The notes beneath the pieces are model-generated. The model saw only the letters and a program-made list of their open reading frames with translations. It did not search any database and had not been told where the DNA came from. A stretch of DNA of 32,000 nucleotides from Pseudomonas aeruginosa (GTDB lineage Bacteria; Pseudomonadota; Gammaproteobacteria; Pseudomonadales; Pseudomonadaceae). Shown here piece by piece: positions 1-10,313 of the stretch. Positions within the stretch are counted from its first letter, which is position 1. Every line of letters starts with the position of its first letter. Position numbers and translations under genes: made by a program. The stretch covers positions 4,560,001 through 4,592,000 of the forward strand of contig NZ_LN831024.1 in NCBI RefSeq assembly GCF_001457615.1, in the 5' to 3' direction.

Positions 1-66
1 CCCCTGGCGTTATCCGCGGGGCTCCGGAGAATCGGCGGACAACCGCCAGGCGGTTATCCGCCCTAC
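1..66. repeat. REP-type palindromic elements: a right half-element cut by the window edge (GGCGTTATCCGC, 6-17) plus a complete hairpin GGCGGACAACCGCC-agg-CGGTTATCCGCCCTAC (34-66)
   Basis: The inverted repeat was read directly from the sequence. It shares the consensus GGCGGATAAC..GC/GCGGTTATCCGCCCTAC with the two copies at 8591-8676. It lies 3' of the LysR gene. Confidence 0.55.
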
Positions 67-122
67 GACTCCCGACAAGCCGGGGTGCGATCGTCGCGAA
101 GGGCGCCGCCCACCACTCCCGC

Positions 123-1067
123 TCAGTTCGCCAACCCACCGCTCTCCGCCAGGCTGCGCTCGTCCGCGGCGAGCATCGCCGGCATGTGCTCGCGGAGGAA
201 CTCGACCCAGGTGCGGATCTTCGCATCCAGGTACTGCCGCGAGGGGTAGAGGGCGTAGACGTTGAGATGGAACAGGCTATAGCGCGGCAACACCCGCACC
301 AGGCTGCCGTCCTTCAGGCCGTTGACCGCCGCGTACACCGGCAGCGCGCCGATACCCATGCCGGAGACCACCGCCTCGGTCATGGCGTCGGCGGTGTTGA
401 CCTGGAAATGCGTCTGGTTGATGCAGGCCAGTTCCTGGCCGTCGGGCCCGTCGAACAGCCAGCGGTCCAGCGACATCACCGAGTTCACCAGGCGCAGGCA
501 ACGGTGCGCGGACAGCTCCGCCGGCAGCTTGGGGAAGCCATGCGCGGCAATGTAGCCCGGCGAGGCGCATAGGATGCTGTAGGTCTGGCCGATGCACTTG
601 GAGACGAAACCGGAGTCCGGCAGCTCGGGGGCGATCACCACGGAAATGTCGTAGCCCTCGTCGAGAATGTCGGTGATCCGGTTGGCCAGGGTCAGGTCGA
701 AGCCAACCTCCGGGTAGGTCTCGCAATATTGCGAGATGGCCTTGATCAGGTAGTGCTGGCCGATGCCGGTCATCGCGTGGACCTTCAGCGTGCCCGACGG
801 CCGCGCATGGGCGTCGCCCGCCTCGGCCTCGGCCTCCTCGATGTAGGCGAGTATCTGCTGGGCGCGCATCAGGTAGCGCTGCCCGGCTTCGGTCAGCGCG
901 ATGCGCCGGGTGGTGCGATGCAGCAGGCGGGTCTGCAGGTGGGCCTCCAGCTTGGCCACCGCACGGGAGACATAGGCGGTCGTCAGGTCCAGGCGCTGGG
1001 CGGCGGCAGTGAAACTGCCGGTCTCCGCGACGCTGACGAACGCGCGCATATTGAACAGGATATCCAT
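123..1067 (-). CDS. LysR-family transcriptional regulator (PAO1 PA0876-like)
   Basis: The N-terminal wHTH (FVSVAETGSFTAAAQRLDLTTAYVSRAVAKLE) and a LysR substrate-binding domain are present. I prefer the ATG at 1067, which has a GAGGG SD 5 nt upstream, over the GTG at 1070 that opens the 315-aa track ORF. Confidence 0.9.
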   Translation of the reverse strand: MDILFNMRAFVSVAETGSFTAAAQRLDLTTAYVSRAVAKLEAHLQTRLLHRTTRRIALTEAGQRYLMRAQQILAYIEEAEAEAGDAHARPSGTLKVHAMTGIGQHYLIKAISQYCETYPEVGFDLTLANRITDILDEGYDISVVIAPELPDSGFVSKCIGQTYSILCASPGYIAAHGFPKLPAELSAHRCLRLVNSVMSLDRWLFDGPDGQELACINQTHFQVNTADAMTEAVVSGMGIGALPVYAAVNGLKDGSLVRVLPRYSLFHLNVYALYPSRQYLDAKIRTWVEFLREHMPAMLAADERSLAESGGLAN

Positions 1068-1180
1068 CACGGCCCTCTAGGCTCTGACGCTTATGGCGCG
1101 TCTCTTTTCCACGCAACCCGGAGGACACCCCAAGGCGGCGCAGATTCTGTCACGAGTCAACCCACCTATTATTGCCTTTT

Positions 1181-1198
1181 GTGACAAAAATTTTTCAC
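1181..1198. promoter_or_regulatory. Imperfect palindrome GTGACAAAAATTTTTCAC in the LysR/FUSC divergent region; candidate LysR operator
   Basis: 7 of 9 symmetric pairs match. It is AT-rich within a GC-rich genome and lies between divergent genes. Confidence 0.3.
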
Positions 1199-1210
1199 CT
1201 ATCCGAGCTC

Positions 1211-1239
1211 TTATCCGCAAGCGCGGGCGCTCCTAGAAT
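1211..1239 (+). promoter_or_regulatory. Candidate sigma70 promoter for the FUSC gene (TTATCC-17 bp-TAGAAT)
   Basis: Hexamers were read from the sequence. The -10 is strong and the -35 is weak. Confidence 0.25.
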
Positions 1240-1286
1240 TCCCAGCCGTTTCGGCCTCCCCTCGCCGTCGTTCAGGATTCGCAGCA

Positions 1287-3482
1287 GTGCCCCGCGCCAC
1301 CCGGAAAGGTCTCCCCCTGGTTCCACCGGCTCCCCTCGCGTTCTTTCCCAGCCCCGACGAATTGCGCCGCGCCCTGCTCGAATGGGCGCGTAGCGACGGC
1401 GTCGCCTGGGTCTTCGTGTTCAAGGCCCTGCTCACCGCCAGCCTCGCCCTGTGGCTGGCCTATCGCCTGGAGCTGCCGCAGCCGAGCACGGTGCTGGTGA
1501 CGGTCTTCATCGTCATGCAGACGCAGAGCGGGCAGGTCCTAGCCAAGAGCTTCTACCGCATCGTCGGAACCCTGATCGGCCTCAGCGTGATGGTCACTCT
1601 GATCGCCCTGTTCGCCCAGGAGCGCGTGCTGTTCCTCGCCTGCCTGGCGCTCTGGGTCGGCCTGTGCACCGCCGGCGCCGCGCGCTACCGCGATTTCCGC
1701 GGCTACGCCTGCGTACTCGCCGGCTACACCGCGACCATGATCGGGATTCCAGCCACCGCGCACCCGGAAGGCGCCTTCATGGCGGCGCTGTGGCGGGTCC
1801 TGGAAATATCCCTGGGCATCCTCTGCACCGGTACCGTCAGCGCCATCTTCCTGCCGCAGACCAGCGGCGCCGCCCTGCGCAACACACTCTACGGGCGCTT
1901 CCGCGACTTCGCCGGTTTCGCCGCCGAAGGCCTGCAGGGCAGCCTCGACGGCGAGCGCTTCGGCGAGCTCAGCGCGCGCTTCGTCGCCCAGTCCGTGGGC
2001 CTGGAAAACCTGCGCAGCGCCACTACTTTCGAAGATCCGCACATGCGCCTGCGCAGCGGCCGGCTGATTCGCCTGAACAACGAATTCATGGTCATGACCA
2101 GTCGCTTCCACGGCCTCCACCGCCTGCTCGAACGCCTGCGCGGGCGCGGGGCGCAGAATGTCCTGGAGGTCCTGGCGCCCTGCCTGGCGGAGCTTGCCGG
2201 GCTGCTCGCGCCGATTCGCGAACGGACGCCCACCGACGCCGACGCCGCGCGCCTGGCCGAACGCATCGAGGCCTACAAGCCGGAACTGATGCAGAACATC
2301 CGCCAGGCCCGCCAGCGCCTGGTGGAGCAGCGCCCCGGCGAGAACGACCTGCTGGATTTCAACACCGCTGCCGAACTGGCCTTCCGTTTCACCGACGACC
2401 TGCACAACTACGCCCTGACCCACGCTTCCCTGGCCGAACACCACCATGCCCGCGAGCAATGGAAGGAAAGCTTCGTCGCCCGCGCCAACCCGGTCGCCGC
2501 GCTGGTCGCCGGAGCGCGCAGCGCGCTGATGATCGGCCTGCTCGGCACGTTCTGGATCCAGACCTCCTGGCCCCACGGCGGCACCTTCGCCCTCACCGCG
2601 GTACTGATCTCGGCGCTCTCCTCGACCTCGCCGAATCCCGGCCGGTTGTCGCTGCAACTCACCCTCGGGACCCTCGCCGGGGCCTGCATCGGGCTGTTCG
2701 TGCTGCTCTACCTGCTACCCCACGTGGACGGTTTCCCGATGCTGCTCTGCTGCCTGCTGCCGGTCTTCGCGGTCGGCGCCCTGCTGCTCTGGCGGCCGCA
2801 GTGGAACGGCTACGGCGTCGGCCTACTGGTGTGGTTCTGCTTCGCCTCGCTGCCGGCCAACATGGCGCGCTACGACGCCCTGGCCTTCTTCAACGAATAC
2901 CTGGCACTACTCTTGTCGATGGTCCTCGCCACGGTCGCCGCCATGGTGATCCTGCCGCCGAACCGGCCGTGGATGTGGAAGCGCCTGGAGCACGACCTGC
3001 GCGAGCGGGTGGTGTTCGCCATCAGCGGCAAGAGCAAGGGCCTGGTCTCCGGTTTCGAAAGCGGCACCCGCGACCTGCTGAACCAGGCCTACACCTTCTC
3101 CGCCGGCCGCCCGGACGTGCAACGCCGGTTGCTGGGCTGGATGTTCCTGGTGCTGGAGGTCGGCCAGGCGATCATTGAGCTGCGCCTCGAACAGCAACGC
3201 CTGCCCCAGGAGCCCTGCTACGCCGAACGCACCGCCTGGCGCCGGGCGATCCGCCTGATGGGCCGGGCGCTGATCCGGCTGTTCCTGCAACCCGGGCCGA
3301 GCAACCGCCAGCGCGCCCTGCACGCGGTGAACCAGGCGATCATGGCGGTACGGGCGGCGCCGGAGCCGCGCGCACCGCAGTTCGATACCTCGCCGCTGCG
3401 ACGGGTGCTCAGCTACCTGCACTTCATTCGCAGCGCCCTGCTCGACCCGCAATCGCCCCTGGGCCAGGAAAGAAACCCGTGA
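1287..3482 (+). CDS. FUSC (fusaric acid resistance / AaeB-like) family inner-membrane efflux protein (PA0875-like)
   Basis: 731-aa ORF with two blocks of hydrophobic helices flanking a long soluble central region, the typical FUSC architecture. The start is uncertain: GTG at 1287, with no early in-frame ATG. Confidence 0.8.
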   Translation: MPRATRKGLPLVPPAPLAFFPSPDELRRALLEWARSDGVAWVFVFKALLTASLALWLAYRLELPQPSTVLVTVFIVMQTQSGQVLAKSFYRIVGTLIGLSVMVTLIALFAQERVLFLACLALWVGLCTAGAARYRDFRGYACVLAGYTATMIGIPATAHPEGAFMAALWRVLEISLGILCTGTVSAIFLPQTSGAALRNTLYGRFRDFAGFAAEGLQGSLDGERFGELSARFVAQSVGLENLRSATTFEDPHMRLRSGRLIRLNNEFMVMTSRFHGLHRLLERLRGRGAQNVLEVLAPCLAELAGLLAPIRERTPTDADAARLAERIEAYKPELMQNIRQARQRLVEQRPGENDLLDFNTAAELAFRFTDDLHNYALTHASLAEHHHAREQWKESFVARANPVAALVAGARSALMIGLLGTFWIQTSWPHGGTFALTAVLISALSSTSPNPGRLSLQLTLGTLAGACIGLFVLLYLLPHVDGFPMLLCCLLPVFAVGALLLWRPQWNGYGVGLLVWFCFASLPANMARYDALAFFNEYLALLLSMVLATVAAMVILPPNRPWMWKRLEHDLRERVVFAISGKSKGLVSGFESGTRDLLNQAYTFSAGRPDVQRRLLGWMFLVLEVGQAIIELRLEQQRLPQEPCYAERTAWRRAIRLMGRALIRLFLQPGPSNRQRALHAVNQAIMAVRAAPEPRAPQFDTSPLRRVLSYLHFIRSALLDPQSPLGQERNP

Positions 3483-3750
3483 GCCGGTCGCAAAGCCGCG
3501 GCGCAGAAGGCCACAGGGATATTGTTACCGATCCGTACAAGGTTCTTGTCTTGACTGAGTCTATATGTCGCAGCCTATCCCAACTTACAATAAACCCAAC
3601 AGCCGAAGTTAACTCCCGTTGAACTTCGACTCCGCAACTTGATTGCAGACTTACTTACCCAGCCTTGTTTATCGAGTTGCCCCGGTGACCTGTCCGCCTG
3701 TCTTCCGACGGCAGATCGTACCCACTCAGAAACTACTCAGGTAAATAGTA

Positions 3751-4017
3751 ATGAAGGCTTTCGCCCTGATGGCCCTGTTCGCCTGCTCGCCGCTGGTGAT
3801 GGCGGCTGGCGCCCAGGATCAACCTGCCAGCCAGCAGGAAAACGCTGTTGAAGAATATGCCTATGGCATGCAACTGGATGTGGCTCGCGTTATATCTTCA
3901 ACCGACACTTCCAATGCCTGCGGCATCGTTCCCGCACGCATGACCTACGAAGATTCGAACGGCCAGAAACATACCGTCGAATATCAGGTCTGGGGCAACG
4001 GCTGCACTGGCGGCTAA
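3751..4017 (+). CDS. Small secreted protein, DUF2790-like (PA0874-like)
   Basis: It has a signal peptide (MKAFALMALFACSPLVMAAGA). The core YAYGMQLDVARVISSTDTSNACGIVPARMTYEDSNGQKHTVEY matches my recollection of the Pseudomonas-restricted DUF2790 family. Confidence 0.7.
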   Translation: MKAFALMALFACSPLVMAAGAQDQPASQQENAVEEYAYGMQLDVARVISSTDTSNACGIVPARMTYEDSNGQKHTVEYQVWGNGCTGG

Positions 4018-4037
4018 ACTCTGCTCGACCTCCGAAG

Positions 4038-4077
4038 GATCGCGCCACGAGGGGCAGCTCGCCCATCCGGCGCGATC
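4038..4077. terminator. Long compound hairpin between the convergent DUF2790-like gene and phhR (GATCGCGCC...GGCGCGATC, with an inner GGGC/GCCC stem)
   Basis: 9-bp outer stems were read directly. There is no clean U-tract on either strand. Confidence 0.3.
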
Positions 4078-4222
4078 ATTGTGTACTCGGCGGCGACAAT
4101 CCCGCCCCTCGGCGAACATCCTGGCCGTCTTCCCCACGCCTCATCGTGCTGCCGCCCTTTCACAAGGGCCGACGCCTCCACCGTTTCTTTCCCAGCCTGC
4201 AACAAACCGGCAAGCATGCCGC

Positions 4223-5782
<1,560 letters not shown>

Positions 5783-5849
5783 GGCGTGGCCCGGTGTTGT
5801 CGTTCTGATGGGCTCGCGGCCGGTTTTTTAACTCCCGGCCGGAAATTTC

Positions 5850-5867
5850 CGTCAAGAATATGTGACA
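5850..5867. promoter_or_regulatory. Weak TyrR/PhhR-type box CGTCAA-GAATAT-GTGACA
   Basis: 8/12 match to TGTAAA-N6-TTTACA. It lies about 73 bp from the strong box and is adjacent to the 10-bp palindrome GGAAATTTCC (5841-5850). Confidence 0.3.
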
Positions 5868-5922
5868 GTTAGACTCACCAGCAACAATGCCTGACCCAAT
5901 GAACAGGCGACCCAGGCCAATT

Positions 5923-5940
5923 CGTAAGGAAAACTTTACG
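5923..5940. promoter_or_regulatory. Strong TyrR/PhhR-type box CGTAAG-GAAAAC-TTTACG upstream of phhA
   Basis: Dyad GTAA(N8)TTAC with TyrR-box geometry (6-N6-6). It is centred about 135 bp upstream of the phhA ATG. Confidence 0.6.
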
Positions 5941-6065
5941 AAAACGCCGATTCCTCCCCGTTGCCCGGTCCCTATCCGGGGCTGCACGGACCGTCCCGAC
6001 GCGGTATCGATAAGGCAACGACAACAACAAAGACCCCGCGGCCACAAGCCGCTCATGGAGTCCGT

Positions 6066-6854
6066 ATGAAAACGACGCAGTACGTGGCCCGCCAGCCCGA
6101 CGACAACGGTTTCATCCACTATCCGGAAACCGAGCACCAGGTCTGGAATACCCTGATCACCCGGCAACTGAAGGTGATCGAAGGCCGCGCCTGTCAGGAA
6201 TACCTCGACGGCATCGAACAGCTCGGCCTGCCCCACGACCGGATCCCCCAGCTCGACGAGATCAACAGGGTTCTCCAGGCCACCACCGGCTGGCGCGTGG
6301 CGCGGGTTCCGGCGCTGATTCCGTTCCAGACCTTCTTCGAACTGCTGGCCAGCCAGCAATTCCCCGTCGCCACCTTCATCCGCACCCCGGAAGAACTGGA
6401 CTACCTGCAGGAGCCGGACATCTTCCACGAGATCTTCGGCCACTGCCCACTGCTGACCAACCCCTGGTTCGCCGAGTTCACCCATACCTACGGCAAGCTC
6501 GGCCTCAAGGCGAGCAAGGAGGAACGCGTGTTCCTCGCCCGCCTGTACTGGATGACCATCGAGTTCGGCCTGGTCGAGACCGACCAGGGCAAGCGCATCT
6601 ACGGCGGCGGCATCCTCTCCTCGCCGAAGGAGACCGTCTACAGCCTCTCCGACGAGCCGCTGCACCAGGCCTTCAATCCGCTGGAGGCGATGCGCACGCC
6701 CTACCGCATCGACATCCTGCAACCGCTCTATTTCGTCCTGCCCGACCTCAAGCGCCTGTTCCAACTGGCCCAGGAAGACATCATGGCGCTGGTCCACGAG
6801 GCCATGCGCCTGGGCCTGCACGCGCCGCTGTTCCCGCCCAAGCAGGCGGCCTGA
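6066..6854 (+). CDS. phhA: Phenylalanine 4-hydroxylase
   Basis: 262 aa from the ATG at 6066 ([10 protein letters not shown]), with GGAG just upstream. The iron ligand motifs [10 protein letters not shown] and YWMTIEFGL are present. The 297-aa track ORF has a non-homologous N-terminal extension. Confidence 0.95.
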
Positions 6855-6865
6855 CGAGAAACGCC

Positions 6866-6923
6866 GCCGCCGCGGCTGACCCCGCGGCGGCCTTGTACTA
6901 TGGTGGACGGGCACGGCCCGTCC
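6866..6923 (+). other. Two GC-rich hairpins in the phhA-phhB spacer (GCCGCCGCGG-ctgacc-CCGCGGCGGC and GGACGGGC-acg-GCCCGTCC)
   Basis: Perfect 10-bp and 8-bp stems were read directly. Only a weak T-rich tail (CTTGTACT) follows the first. Confidence 0.5.
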
Positions 6924-6958
6924 GCCGCTCCCACATGCGACAACCAAGGACTCCCACC

Positions 6959-7315
6959 ATGACCGCACTCACCCAAGCCCATTGCGAAGCCTGCCGCGCA
7001 GACGCCCCGCACGTCAGCGACGAAGAACTGCCCGTGCTGCTGCGGCAGATCCCGGATTGGAACATCGAAGTCCGCGACGGCATCATGCAACTGGAGAAGG
7101 TCTACCTGTTCAAGAACTTCAAGCATGCCCTGGCCTTCACCAATGCCGTCGGCGAGATATCCGAGGCCGAAGGCCACCATCCGGGCCTGCTGACCGAGTG
7201 GGGCAAAGTCACCGTGACCTGGTGGAGCCACTCGATCAAGGGCCTGCACCGCAACGACTTCATCATGGCGGCGCGCACCGACGAGGTAGCGAAAACCGCC
7301 GAGGGGCGCAAATGA
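6959..7315 (+). CDS. phhB: Pterin-4-alpha-carbinolamine dehydratase
   Basis: 118 aa from the ATG at 6959 ([12 protein letters not shown]). The conserved EGHHPG motif is present. Confidence 0.95.
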
Positions 7316-8511
7316 GTCATTTCGCCAAGGTCGCCCGCGTACCGGGCGACCCGATCCTGGGCCTGCTCGACGCCTACCGCAACGATCCGCGCGCGGACAA
7401 GCTGGACCTCGGCGTCGGTGTCTACAAGGATGCCCAGGGCCTGACCCCGATCCTGCGCTCGGTGAAACTCGCCGAGCAGCGCCTGGTCGAGCAGGAAACC
7501 ACCAAGAGCTACGTCGGCGGCCACGGCGATGCGCTGTTCGCCGCGCGCCTGGCGGAACTGGCGCTCGGCGCCGCCTCGCCGCTGTTGCTGGAGCAACGCG
7601 CCGACGCCACCCAGACGCCCGGCGGCACCGGCGCCTTGCGCCTGGCCGGCGACTTCATCGCCCATTGCCTGCCCGGCCGCGGCATCTGGCTGAGCGACCC
7701 GACCTGGCCGATCCACGAGACCCTGTTCGCCGCCGCCGGCCTGAAGGTTTCCCACTACCCCTACGTCAGCGCCGACAACCGCCTGGATGTCGAGGCGATG
7801 CTTGCTGGCCTGGAGCGCATTCCCCAGGGAGACGTGGTGCTGCTGCATGCCTGCTGCCACAACCCGACCGGTTTCGACCTGAGCCACGACGACTGGCGCA
7901 GGGTGCTCGACGTGGTGCGTCGCCGCGAGCTGCTGCCGCTGATCGACTTCGCCTACCAGGGCTTCGGCGACGGTCTCGAGGAAGACGCCTGGGCGGTACG
8001 CCTGTTCGCCGGCGAACTGCCGGAGGTGCTGATCACCAGTTCCTGCTCGAAGAACTTCGGCCTGTACCGCGACCGCGTCGGTGCGCTGATCGTCTGCGCG
8101 CAGAACGCCGAGAAGCTCACCGACCTGCGTAGCCAACTGGCCTTCCTCGCCCGAAACCTCTGGTCGACCCCGCCGGCGCATGGCGCCGAGGTGGTCGCGG
8201 CGATCCTCGGCGACAGCGAGTTGAAGGGACTCTGGCAGGAAGAGGTCGAAGGCATGCGCTCGCGCATCGCCAGCCTGCGCATCGGCCTGGTCGAAGCCCT
8301 GGCGCCGCACGGCCTGGCCGAGCGCTTCGCCCATGTCGGCGCGCAACGCGGGATGTTTTCCTATACCGGACTGAGCCCGCAGCAGGTCGCTCGGCTGCGC
8401 GACGAGCACGCCGTTTACCTGGTCTCCAGCGGCCGGGCCAACGTCGCCGGTCTCGACGCGCGCCGCCTCGACCGCCTGGCGCAAGCCATCGCCCAGGTCT
8501 GCGCGGACTGA
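7312..8511 (+). CDS. phhC: Aromatic amino acid aminotransferase (class I, TyrB/AspC-like)
   Basis: 399 aa. Its ATG overlaps the phhB stop (ATGA at 7312-7315). The PLP-lysine motif [14 protein letters not shown] is present. Confidence 0.95.
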
Positions 8512-8529
8512 ACCCTCACGGTTACCCTG

Positions 8530-8557
8530 AGCCGGCTGTGATGGCCGGCTTTTTTTC
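8530..8557 (+). terminator. Rho-independent terminator of phhABC
   Basis: AGCCGGC-tgtgatg-GCCGGCT followed by T7. Confidence 0.8.
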
Positions 8558-8590
8558 GCCCCAGCGAATGCCGCGCACTCCCGCCGAGGC

Positions 8591-8676
8591 GGCGGATAAC
8601 CGCGTTGCGGTTATTCGCCCTACCGCACCACGACCTTGTGGGCGTAGGGCGAATAACGCCACAGGCGTTATCCGCC
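8591..8676. repeat. Head-to-head REP doublet
   Basis: GGCGGATAACCGC-gtt-GCGGTTATTCGCCCTAC (8591-8623) and the inverted GTAGGGCGAATAACGCC-aca-GGCGTTATCCGCC (8644-8676), separated by a 20-bp spacer. It belongs to the same family as the copy at 34-66. Confidence 0.65.
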
Positions 8677-8743
8677 GAACCTCTCTGAACCGGGCCAACC
8701 ATAAGTCAGCACTTTCAAAGCCCTACGTGCTTTTCCTACAAAA

Positions 8744-8758
8744 GAGCATAAAATGCTC
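8744..8758. promoter_or_regulatory. Inverted repeat GAGCAT-AAA-ATGCTC containing a TAAAAT -10-like hexamer, upstream of pbpG
   Basis: Read directly from an AT-rich tract about 70 bp upstream of the pbpG GTG. No good -35 was found. Confidence 0.25.
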
Positions 8759-8824
8759 AATTATGGGCACCAGTTCACACTGCGCCCCACGGCCCCCACT
8801 TTCTCGTCTTAGTGAGCAACGCAC

Positions 8825-9757
8825 GTGAGAAACCGTCTCCTGTCACTGGTCACCCTGTTCCTGTCCCTCAGCGTTGCCACCGCGGTATCCGCCTCCCCGC
8901 CGCCCAAGGCCGGGCTGCCGCTGCAACAGGAGCTGGCGTCGGGCAGCGCGCTGGTTACCGACCAGAACACCGGCAAGGTGCTCTACTCGCGCAACCCCGA
9001 CCTGGTGGTGCCGATCGCCTCGATCACCAAGCTGATGACCGCCATGGTCGTGCTCGACTCGAAACTGCCGCTGGACGAGGTACTGCCGATCGCCATCAGC
9101 GAGACCAGCGAAATGCGCGGGGTGTTTTCCCGGGTGCGGGTCGGCAGCCAGATCAGCCGCCGGGACATGCTCCTGCTCGCCCTGATGTCCTCGGAGAACC
9201 GCGCCGCCGCCAGCCTCGCGCAGAACTATCCGGGCGGCAAGAACGCCTTCGTCAAGGCGATGAACGCCAAGGCTCACGCCCTGGGAATGAAGAACACCCG
9301 CTACGTCGAGCCGACCGGGCTGTCGCTGCACAACGTCTCCACCGCTCGCGACCTCACCCGCCTGCTGGTGGCCAGCCGGCAATATCCGCTGCTCAGTCAG
9401 TGGAGCACCACTCCGGAGAAGACCGTGGCCTTCCGCCACCCCAACTACACCCTGGGCTTCCGCAACACCAACCACCTGATCAACAACAAGACCTGGAACA
9501 TCCAGTTGACCAAGACCGGCTTCACCAACGAAGCAGGCCACTGCCTGGTGATGCGTACCACGATCAACCGCAATCCGGTCAATCTGGTGGTGCTGGACGC
9601 CTTCGGCAAGTACACCCACTTCGCCGACGCCACGCGCCTGCGACGCTGGCTGGAAACCGGCCAGGTCACTGCGATCCCGGCCGCGGCCAAGGCCTATCGC
9701 CTGCAACGCGACCGCGAGCGCGGCCTCGGCCAGCCGGTGGCCCAGGCCGTACGCTGA
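8825..9757 (+). CDS. pbpG: D-alanyl-D-alanine endopeptidase, PBP7-type (S11 peptidase)
   Basis: GTG start followed by a signal peptide. The SxxK (SITK), SxN (SEN) and KTG motifs are all present. Confidence 0.9.
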   Translation: MRNRLLSLVTLFLSLSVATAVSASPPPKAGLPLQQELASGSALVTDQNTGKVLYSRNPDLVVPIASITKLMTAMVVLDSKLPLDEVLPIAISETSEMRGVFSRVRVGSQISRRDMLLLALMSSENRAAASLAQNYPGGKNAFVKAMNAKAHALGMKNTRYVEPTGLSLHNVSTARDLTRLLVASRQYPLLSQWSTTPEKTVAFRHPNYTLGFRNTNHLINNKTWNIQLTKTGFTNEAGHCLVMRTTINRNPVNLVVLDAFGKYTHFADATRLRRWLETGQVTAIPAAAKAYRLQRDRERGLGQPVAQAVR

Positions 9758-9779
9758 TCCGTCGCGAAGACCGGCCGGC

Positions 9780-10193
9780 TCAGAAATCCACCTTGCCGCG
9801 CCCGGCCTTCACCGCGCCGCGCTTGGCCTTGCCGTCCAGCCGGCGCTTCTGCGAGCCGCGCGTAGGCTTGGTCGGGCGGCGCGCCTTCTGCACCTTGGCC
9901 ACGCTGCGGATCAACTCCGCCAGGCGCTCCAGGGCATCCTCGCGGTTCTGCTCCTGGGTCCGGTACTGCTGGGCCTTGATCACCACCACGCCGTCGCCGC
10001 TGATGCGCTGGTCGTTCAGTGCCAGCAGACGCTCCTTGTAGAACGGCGGCAACGACGAGGCCTGGATGTCGAAGCGCAGGTGCACCGCGCTGGAGACCTT
10101 GTTGACGTTCTGCCCGCCGGCGCCCTGGGCGCGAATGGCATTCAGCTCGATCTCATGGTCGGGCAGGTGGACGGCATTGGAGATGATCAGCAT
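9780..10193 (-). CDS. arfB: Alternative ribosome-rescue factor ArfB (class I release-factor-like peptidyl-tRNA hydrolase)
   Basis: 137 aa from the ATG at 10193 ([10 protein letters not shown]). It has a GGQ motif (GAGGQNVNK) and a basic C-terminal tail. The track ORF extension to 10289 crosses the mliC terminator. Confidence 0.85.
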   Translation of the reverse strand: MLIISNAVHLPDHEIELNAIRAQGAGGQNVNKVSSAVHLRFDIQASSLPPFYKERLLALNDQRISGDGVVVIKAQQYRTQEQNREDALERLAELIRSVAKVQKARRPTKPTRGSQKRRLDGKAKRGAVKAGRGKVDF

Positions 10194-10254
10194 GGGGCGG
10201 CACGGTGGACCAACGGGCTGCCAGCATAACCCCTTTGCCGAGCGGAGAAGCAGG

Positions 10255-10282
10255 CCAAAAGAAACCCGGCCGCGGCCGGGTT
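10255..10282 (-). terminator. Rho-independent terminator after mliC
   Basis: Minus strand: AACCCGG-ccgcgg-CCGGGTT followed by TCTTTTGG. Confidence 0.7.
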
Positions 10283-10313
10283 CCTTCATTTCGGCTAAGG
10301 CGCCAGGTCGAAC

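Noticed and set aside
1451-3178. 575-aa plus-strand ORF and 372-aa minus-strand ORF overlapping the FUSC gene
   Set aside because: Both are low-complexity Arg/Pro/Ala-rich translations. The FUSC frame gives coherent transmembrane helices.
3639-3851. 70-aa ORF overlapping the start of the DUF2790-like gene
   Set aside because: It has no SD and no signal or domain features. It overlaps a better-supported gene that has a clear signal peptide.
5787-5801. Possible sigma54 promoter TGGCCCGGTGTTGTC upstream of phhA
   Set aside because: The -12 element is TGTC rather than TTGC. The site abuts the phhR start codon and lies upstream of, not downstream of, the PhhR boxes. No other GG-N10-GC candidate with correct spacing was found between 5783 and 6065.
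8575-8680. Repeated palindromes considered as a possible CRISPR fragment or tRNA-like element
   Set aside because: There are only two copies, in inverted orientation, each internally palindromic, with no regular spacers and no cas genes. There is no cloverleaf. They are classic REP elements.
8812-10041. 409-aa plus-strand ORF overlapping pbpG and the antisense of arfB
   Set aside because: It is an off-frame Arg/Pro/Gly-rich translation. The pbpG frame carries the SxxK/SxN/KTG motifs.
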